A stretch of 64,000 nt of DNA from Callorhinchus milii. Its lineage: Eukaryota. The DNA lies in contig NW_024704742.1 in the NCBI RefSeq assembly GCF_018977255.1, positions 39,310,001 to 39,374,000 of the forward strand, given 5' to 3'. The notes beneath the pieces were generated by a model, which was not told the origin of the DNA, ran no database searches, and saw only the letters and a program-made list of their open reading frames with translations. The position numbers were made by a program, and so were the translations under genes. Every line of letters starts with the position of its first letter. Position 1 is the first letter of the stretch. Shown here piece by piece: positions 63,303 through 64,000 of this stretch.

Positions 63303-64000
63303 TGTCAGCCTGGCTCAGTTGGTCGCACTCTTCCTTCCGAATCAGAAGGTTGTAGGTTCAAGCCCCATGTCAATATTTGAGCTCACATAATCTAGGCTGA
63401 CATTCTGCAATGTTGGGTGCGTATTGTACTGGATGAGAATTTAAACTGGAGTTCTATTTGCCTGTTCAGGTGGATGTTAAAGATCCAATGGCAATATTTG
63501 AAAAGAAAAGGGAGGTTCTCCTGGTGTCCTGGCCAACTAAAATTGGTCATTTGTTTCATAGCTGTGTGTGAGACAATGCTATGCATAAATGAACATTTTC
63601 TTACAAATACTCCTCATCCCACCTCATAACAAACCTGTTAAATACTTTAAGGCATTCTCCTGATGTGAAAGACACGATCCCAAATGTAAGAATTGTTGTT
63701 AATAATGTTTCTGACGATCCAACTGAAGTCAGAAAGTATGAGTTCTATCCCCATATCGTGGGTTTGAGTTCCTTTTGTCTCGGCTGGTTCTCCAGTGCAT
63801 CCTGGGGGTGTGTTCCATTTTTGGAGGTGCTGTCCTTCGATTGAGACATAAAATAACAGTCCTGTCTGCAGCTTCAGGTGAATGTTGAATGTTAAAGATA
63901 CCATGGCATTATTTAAAAAGAGAATGGTGTCCTGGCTAATAACTTTCCCAAAGGAAAAAAATAGTTATTCACTTCATGGATGTGTGTAGGACATTGCTTT
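63303..64000 (+). mobile_element. Two old SacSINE1/DeuSINE-like copies (~63303-63700; ~63740 to window end)
   Basis: Head GTCAGCCTGGCTCAGTTGGTCGCACTC...GGTTCAAGCCCC; Deu block CCTGTTCAGGTGGATGTTAAAGATCC. Confidence 0.85.

Noticed and set aside
1..64000. CRISPR array, rRNA or prokaryotic operon
   Set aside because: No regularly spaced direct repeats, rRNA similarity or gene-dense structure; the DNA is vertebrate-like.

Overview
Eukaryotic, repeat-rich, apparently non-coding (intronic or intergenic) DNA. The repeat repertoire points to a cartilaginous fish, plausibly a chimaera; this is inference, not a database result. No intact protein-coding gene is supportable, and most interpretable ORFs in the track are decayed retrotransposon pieces or chance frames in SINEs. 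Contents: (1) about 19 copies of a young ~300-bp tRNA-Ala-headed SINE with a CORE-like block, a Deu-like block, an L2-type 3' stem-loop and a (TTA)n tail, in long and short forms; (2) many older SacSINE1/DeuSINE-like copies; (3) many 5'-truncated L2-clade LINE fragments with (TTG)n tails; (4) several CR1 LINE remnants; (5) an unassigned family of ~400 bp or less with a fixed 3' end; (6) Penelope-type repeat remnants, one with a decayed hammerhead core. The most striking direct observation is a perfect 130-bp inverted duplication of local DNA fused to the 5' end of a young SINE (61014-61143 vs 61505-61634). A few isolated exon-like segments and enhancer-like unique stretches are low-confidence. 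I cannot demonstrate a new biological system here; the best leads concern retroposon structure and integration. Repeat boundaries are approximate unless stated exactly.
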